Shown here: positions 60,747-64,000 of the stretch, piece by piece
How positions within the stretch are numbered: position 1 is the stretch's first letter
Layout of the letters: the number at the start of each line of letters is the position of its first letter
From: Nitrospirae bacterium JdFR-85
Lineage (GTDB): Bacteria > Nitrospirota > Thermodesulfovibrionia > Thermodesulfovibrionales > JdFR-85
Reading direction: 5' to 3'
Assembly: GCA_002011745.1 (NCBI GenBank)
Contig: MTOU01000009.1
Coordinates: 71,447-135,446 of the forward strand
DNA: 64,000 bases
Program-made: the position numbers and the translations under genes
Notes under the pieces: generated by a model
What the model was told of the DNA's origin: nothing
Databases searched by the model: none
What the model saw: only the letters and a program-made list of their open reading frames with translations

Positions 60747-60965
60747 CTACCTCTCTGTCTCCTTATTGTTACGCTTCTGACGCTCCTTCTCTGTTATTAT
60801 GGTGAGAATCCTTGCAATATCCCTTTTTACCTGCTTTATCCTGTTGGGATTCTGGATCTCACCTGTAGCCTTCTGGAACCTCAGGTTAAAAAGCTCCTTA
60901 CGGAGCTCCTTCTCCTTCTCCTTCAACTCCTCTATGGTCATCTCTCTCAGTTCAGAAGGCTTCAA
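60747..60965 (-). CDS. rpmC: 50S ribosomal protein L29
   Basis: [27 protein letters not shown]. Confidence 0.9.
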   Translation of the reverse strand: MKPSELREMTIEELKEKEKELRKELFNLRFQKATGEIQNPNRIKQVKRDIARILTIITEKERQKRNNKETER

Positions 60966-61381
60966 ATCACTGCCTCCTCTCTCTTCACTATCTTTGTCGC
61001 CACAGGCAGCTTATTGGCAGCAAGCCTCAGAGCCTCTCTTGCCACATCCTCTGGCACACCTGCCATCTCATACAGAATCCTGCCCGGCTTTACTACAGCC
61101 ACCCAGAACTCAGGGTTACCCTTACCCTTACCCATCCTGGTCTCTGCAGGCTTTCTGGTAACTGGTTTATCCGGAAATATCCTTATCCAGACCTTTGCTC
61201 CCTTCTTCACCTTACGGGTTATTGCAACCCTTGCAGCCTCAATCTGTCTGCTGGTAATCCATCCAGGCTCCAGTGCCTTCAGACCATACTCACCAAAGGC
61301 GACTTCTGAGCCCCTGTAGGCCTTACCCTTCATCCTGCCCTTCTGCTGTTTACGATATTTAACTTTTTTTGGCATTAACAT
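60962..61381 (-). CDS. rplP: 50S ribosomal protein L16
   Basis: [19 protein letters not shown]... Confidence 0.95.
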   Translation of the reverse strand: MLMPKKVKYRKQQKGRMKGKAYRGSEVAFGEYGLKALEPGWITSRQIEAARVAITRKVKKGAKVWIRIFPDKPVTRKPAETRMGKGKGNPEFWVAVVKPGRILYEMAGVPEDVAREALRLAANKLPVATKIVKREEAVI

Positions 61382-61399
61382 GGTCTTATACCCCTTTTA

Positions 61400-62062
61400 T
61401 TAAATACTTACAGTCGGCTCTGATGTGTCAAGCACATCACCCTTGTATATCCACACCTTCACACCTATCACTCCATATGTGGTTTTTGCCTCAGCAAAAC
61501 CATAATCAATGTCTGCCCTGAATGTGTGAAGAGGAACCCTTCCTTCCCTGTACCACTCTCTCCTTGCAATCTCTGCTCCCGCAAGCCTTCCTGCACACTG
61601 GACTTTAATCCCCTGTGCACCAAACCTCATTGCCGATGCAACCGCCTTCTTCATCGCCCTTCTGTAAGCAACTCTCTTCTCTAACTGGAGGGCTATATTC
61701 TCTGCCACAAGCTGGGCATCAAGCTCTGGTTTCCTTATCTCCTTTATGTCAACAGACACCTGTTTGCCTGTCATCTGCTCAAGCTCCTTTCTCAGTTTCT
61801 CCACCTCAGCACCCTTTTTGCCTATGATTATCCCAGGCCTTGCTGTATGAATTATCACCCTTATCTTCTGACCTTCCTTCTCCCCAAGTCTCTCTATCTC
61901 TATTCTTGATATTCCTGCATGATAGAGTCTGTCTTTTATATACTTTCTGATCTGGAGGTCTTCATGAAGTTGCTCTGCATAACCCTTCTCCCTGTACCAC
62001 CTTGACTCCCATGTCCTTATGATACCTATCCTCTGACCTATAGGATGGGTCTTATGTCCCAC
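61400..62062 (-). CDS. rpsC: 30S ribosomal protein S3
   Basis: [14 protein letters not shown]...W.S.W; KH and S3-C domains. Confidence 0.95.
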   Translation of the reverse strand: MGHKTHPIGQRIGIIRTWESRWYREKGYAEQLHEDLQIRKYIKDRLYHAGISRIEIERLGEKEGQKIRVIIHTARPGIIIGKKGAEVEKLRKELEQMTGKQVSVDIKEIRKPELDAQLVAENIALQLEKRVAYRRAMKKAVASAMRFGAQGIKVQCAGRLAGAEIARREWYREGRVPLHTFRADIDYGFAEAKTTYGVIGVKVWIYKGDVLDTSEPTVSI

Positions 62063-62400
62063 TACTCTTCCTCCTCCTTGAGTACTATAGTTATATGACA
62101 GGTCTTTTTCTTCTTTATGTCAGCCCTACCCATCGCCCTTGGAAATACCCTCTTCATCATTGGACCCTCATCCACATATGCCTGCACAATCCTCATCTCC
62201 TCTGGAACAGCCACATCTTTCTGCTCTGCATTCGCCATTGCAGACCTGAGAAGCTTTTCAACAAACCTGGCTGCCCTGTAAGGCATAAACTTAAGGGCAA
62301 TCATTGCCTCACCAGCCTTCTTACCTCTGATGAGATCAATAACCCTTCTCGCCTTTCTCGGCGTCACTCTTGCATATCTAAGTACTGCCCGTGCCTCCAT
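62062..62400 (-). CDS. rplV: 50S ribosomal protein L22
   Basis: [18 protein letters not shown]. Confidence 0.95.
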   Translation of the reverse strand: MEARAVLRYARVTPRKARRVIDLIRGKKAGEAMIALKFMPYRAARFVEKLLRSAMANAEQKDVAVPEEMRIVQAYVDEGPMMKRVFPRAMGRADIKKKKTCHITIVLKEEEE

Positions 62401-62401
62401 C

Positions 62402-62689
62402 TTATTTGCCCTTCACCTTGGTTGTCTTCTCACTGCCTGCATGTCCTCTGTATGTCCGTGTAGGGGCAAACTCTCCAAGCTTATGCCCCACCATATTCTC
62501 TGTCACATACACTGGAATGAATTTATTACCATTGTGCACTGCAAAGGTAAAGCCAACAAATTCAGGAATTATGGTTGACCTCCTCGACCAGGTCTTTATT
62601 ATCTTCTTCTCTCCTGTCTCCATCATCTTCCTAACCTTCTTCAGGAGTTTCGGGTCAACATATGGTCCTTTTTTCAATGACCTCGGCAC
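62402..62689 (-). CDS. rpsS: 30S ribosomal protein S19
   Basis: [12 protein letters not shown]...[12 protein letters not shown]. Confidence 0.95.
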   Translation of the reverse strand: MPRSLKKGPYVDPKLLKKVRKMMETGEKKIIKTWSRRSTIIPEFVGFTFAVHNGNKFIPVYVTENMVGHKLGEFAPTRTYRGHAGSEKTTKVKGK

Positions 62690-62699
62690 TTAAGACCTC

Positions 62700-63518
62700 C
62701 TACTTTCTCCGCTTAATAATGTATTTATCCGTCTTTTTGTTCCTTCTTGTCTTCACTCCCTCAGGCTTACCCCAAGGTGTACAGGCTGGCCTTCCACCAG
62801 AACTTCTACCTTCACCGCCTCCAAGGGGATGGTCCACGGGATTCATTGCCACACCCCTTACAATTGGTCTTCTTCCAAGCCAGCGTCTTCTACCAGCCTT
62901 ACCATAATTTATATTCTCATGATCAATATTACTCACCTGTCCTATCGTTGCCATACAATTAACCAGAACAAGCCTCACCTCGCCTGAAGGCAGCTTTATA
63001 TGGGCATATCTTTCATCCTTTGCCATCAACTGTGCCTGTGTACCTGCACTCCTTACAAGTTTACCCCCTTCTCCAGGACGGAGCTCAATATTATGGATAA
63101 AAGTACCAAGAGGTATATTCTTAAGAGGCAAGGCATTACCAACCTTTATCTCTGCATCAGGCCCAGACATAAGGATCTCGCCCACCTTCAACCCATCAGG
63201 AGCAAGAATATACCGTCTCTCGCCATCAGCGTACTTGAGCAGGGCTATCCTTGCACTCCTGTTGGGGTCATACTCAATGGTCTCCACTACAGCAGGCACA
63301 CCAATCTTATCCCTTTTAAAGTCTATTATCCTATATAGCCTCTTGTTGCCACCTCCCCGCTGCCATACAGTTATCCTTCCCTGGTTGTTTCTTCCACCTG
63401 TCTTCTTCAGAGGCACACATAGAGGCTTATAAGGTTTATCTGTGGTGATTTCGCTGAAATCAGACACAGACATAAACCTTCTTCCCGGTGATGTGGGCTT
63501 ATATATCCTTATACCCAT
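62700..63518 (-). CDS. rplB: 50S ribosomal protein L2
   Basis: 272 aa with GRNN.GRIT and [15 protein letters not shown]. Confidence 0.95.
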   Translation of the reverse strand: MGIRIYKPTSPGRRFMSVSDFSEITTDKPYKPLCVPLKKTGGRNNQGRITVWQRGGGNKRLYRIIDFKRDKIGVPAVVETIEYDPNRSARIALLKYADGERRYILAPDGLKVGEILMSGPDAEIKVGNALPLKNIPLGTFIHNIELRPGEGGKLVRSAGTQAQLMAKDERYAHIKLPSGEVRLVLVNCMATIGQVSNIDHENINYGKAGRRRWLGRRPIVRGVAMNPVDHPLGGGEGRSSGGRPACTPWGKPEGVKTRRNKKTDKYIIKRRK

Positions 63519-63519
63519 A

Positions 63520-63810
63520 TTATGCTCCCTCTATAAAGTCGAGTTTTTCACCCTTCTTAAGGGTAACAATCGCCTTCTTCCATGACCTTGTCCTGCCCTC
63601 AAACCTTCCAAGTCTCTTCTTTTTGGGTTTCACATTTATTGTAGCAACCTTCTCCACCTTAACATTAAAGAGCTTCTCAAAGGCATGCTTGATCTCTATC
63701 TTATTGGCATCCTTTGCCACCTCTACCACGATCTTATTCTCTTTCTCCTTTAACTGCATCGCCTTTTCCGTAAACACAGGCCTGATAATCACTTCCTGAG
63801 GGTCTCTCAT
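63520..63810 (-). CDS. rplW: 50S ribosomal protein L23
   Basis: 96 aa, [10 protein letters not shown]..., between rplD and rplB. Confidence 0.9.
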   Translation of the reverse strand: MRDPQEVIIRPVFTEKAMQLKEKENKIVVEVAKDANKIEIKHAFEKLFNVKVEKVATINVKPKKKRLGRFEGRTRSWKKAIVTLKKGEKLDFIEGA

Positions 63811-64000
63811 CCCCAGACCTCCTGTATCTTCTGAAGGGCATCCTTGGTCAGAACAACCCTCTCATGAACCAACACTTGGTAAGTATTAAGGTCCATAGCC
63901 CTCATAACCGTCACACCAGGAATATTCCTTGCAGAAAGATAGACATTCTCATTCTTGTCTGCTGTGACTATCAAGACCGAGTTTCCATTAAGCCCCAGAC
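63807..64000 (-). CDS. rplD: 50S ribosomal protein L4, C-terminal fragment (5' end outside the window)
   Basis: Hand translation of the minus strand gives ...[56 protein letters not shown]. The stop overlaps the rplW start (ATGA). Confidence 0.85.
   Translation of the reverse strand, partial: LGLNGNSVLIVTADKNENVYLSARNIPGVTVMRAMDLNTYQVLVHERVVLTKDALQKIQEVWG

Overview
This is a 64-kb bacterial chromosomal segment, densely coding, with mostly housekeeping genes. The taxon cannot be assigned from the sequence alone.

Gene content from left to right:
- 1-20.3 kb: recG tail, prepilin peptidase, a UvrD-like helicase, a co-linear Pho block on the minus strand (DUF3108-phoB-phoR-[Pho box]-pstSCAB-phoU), a lipid kinase, and recJ-secF-secD-HD-yajC.
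- 20.5-22.1 kb: an orphan pair of secreted proteins, one with a Cys-rich papain/transglutaminase-like C-terminus.
- 22.2-32.5 kb: greA, pyrK-pyrD, a DUF62 SAM hydrolase, M16 peptidase-pnp-rpsO, an epimerase, a PHP phosphatase, a TPR protein and a LysM lytic transglycosylase.
- 32.6-38.5 kb: the most interesting region, a RiPP-like cluster that I cannot place in a described class. It holds a radical SAM/SPASM enzyme, a PqqD-type protein, a 54-aa precursor candidate ending in Ser, an HPr-kinase-like P-loop protein, an NTP_transf_5-type nucleotidyltransferase, an ABC exporter and a SipW-type peptidase.
- 38.5-51 kb: ileS-lspA, tRNA-Gln and tRNA-Glu, trmO-like, rpsU (preceded by a promoter plus terminator/antiterminator leader), a DEAD-box helicase, an orphan family-5 substrate-binding protein, a small nucleotidyltransferase module with a HEPN-like remnant, ilvC, and small RAM, Toprim and thioredoxin-like genes.
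- 51-64 kb: the alpha/spc/S10 ribosomal operons on the minus strand, rplQ through a partial rplD.

In two genes, the M16 peptidase and the cluster nucleotidyltransferase, family-typical N-terminal sequence lies upstream of the first canonical start codon. Several ORF-track starts were revised using Shine-Dalgarno (SD) and family evidence. All functional calls come from reading the translations by eye, with no database search.
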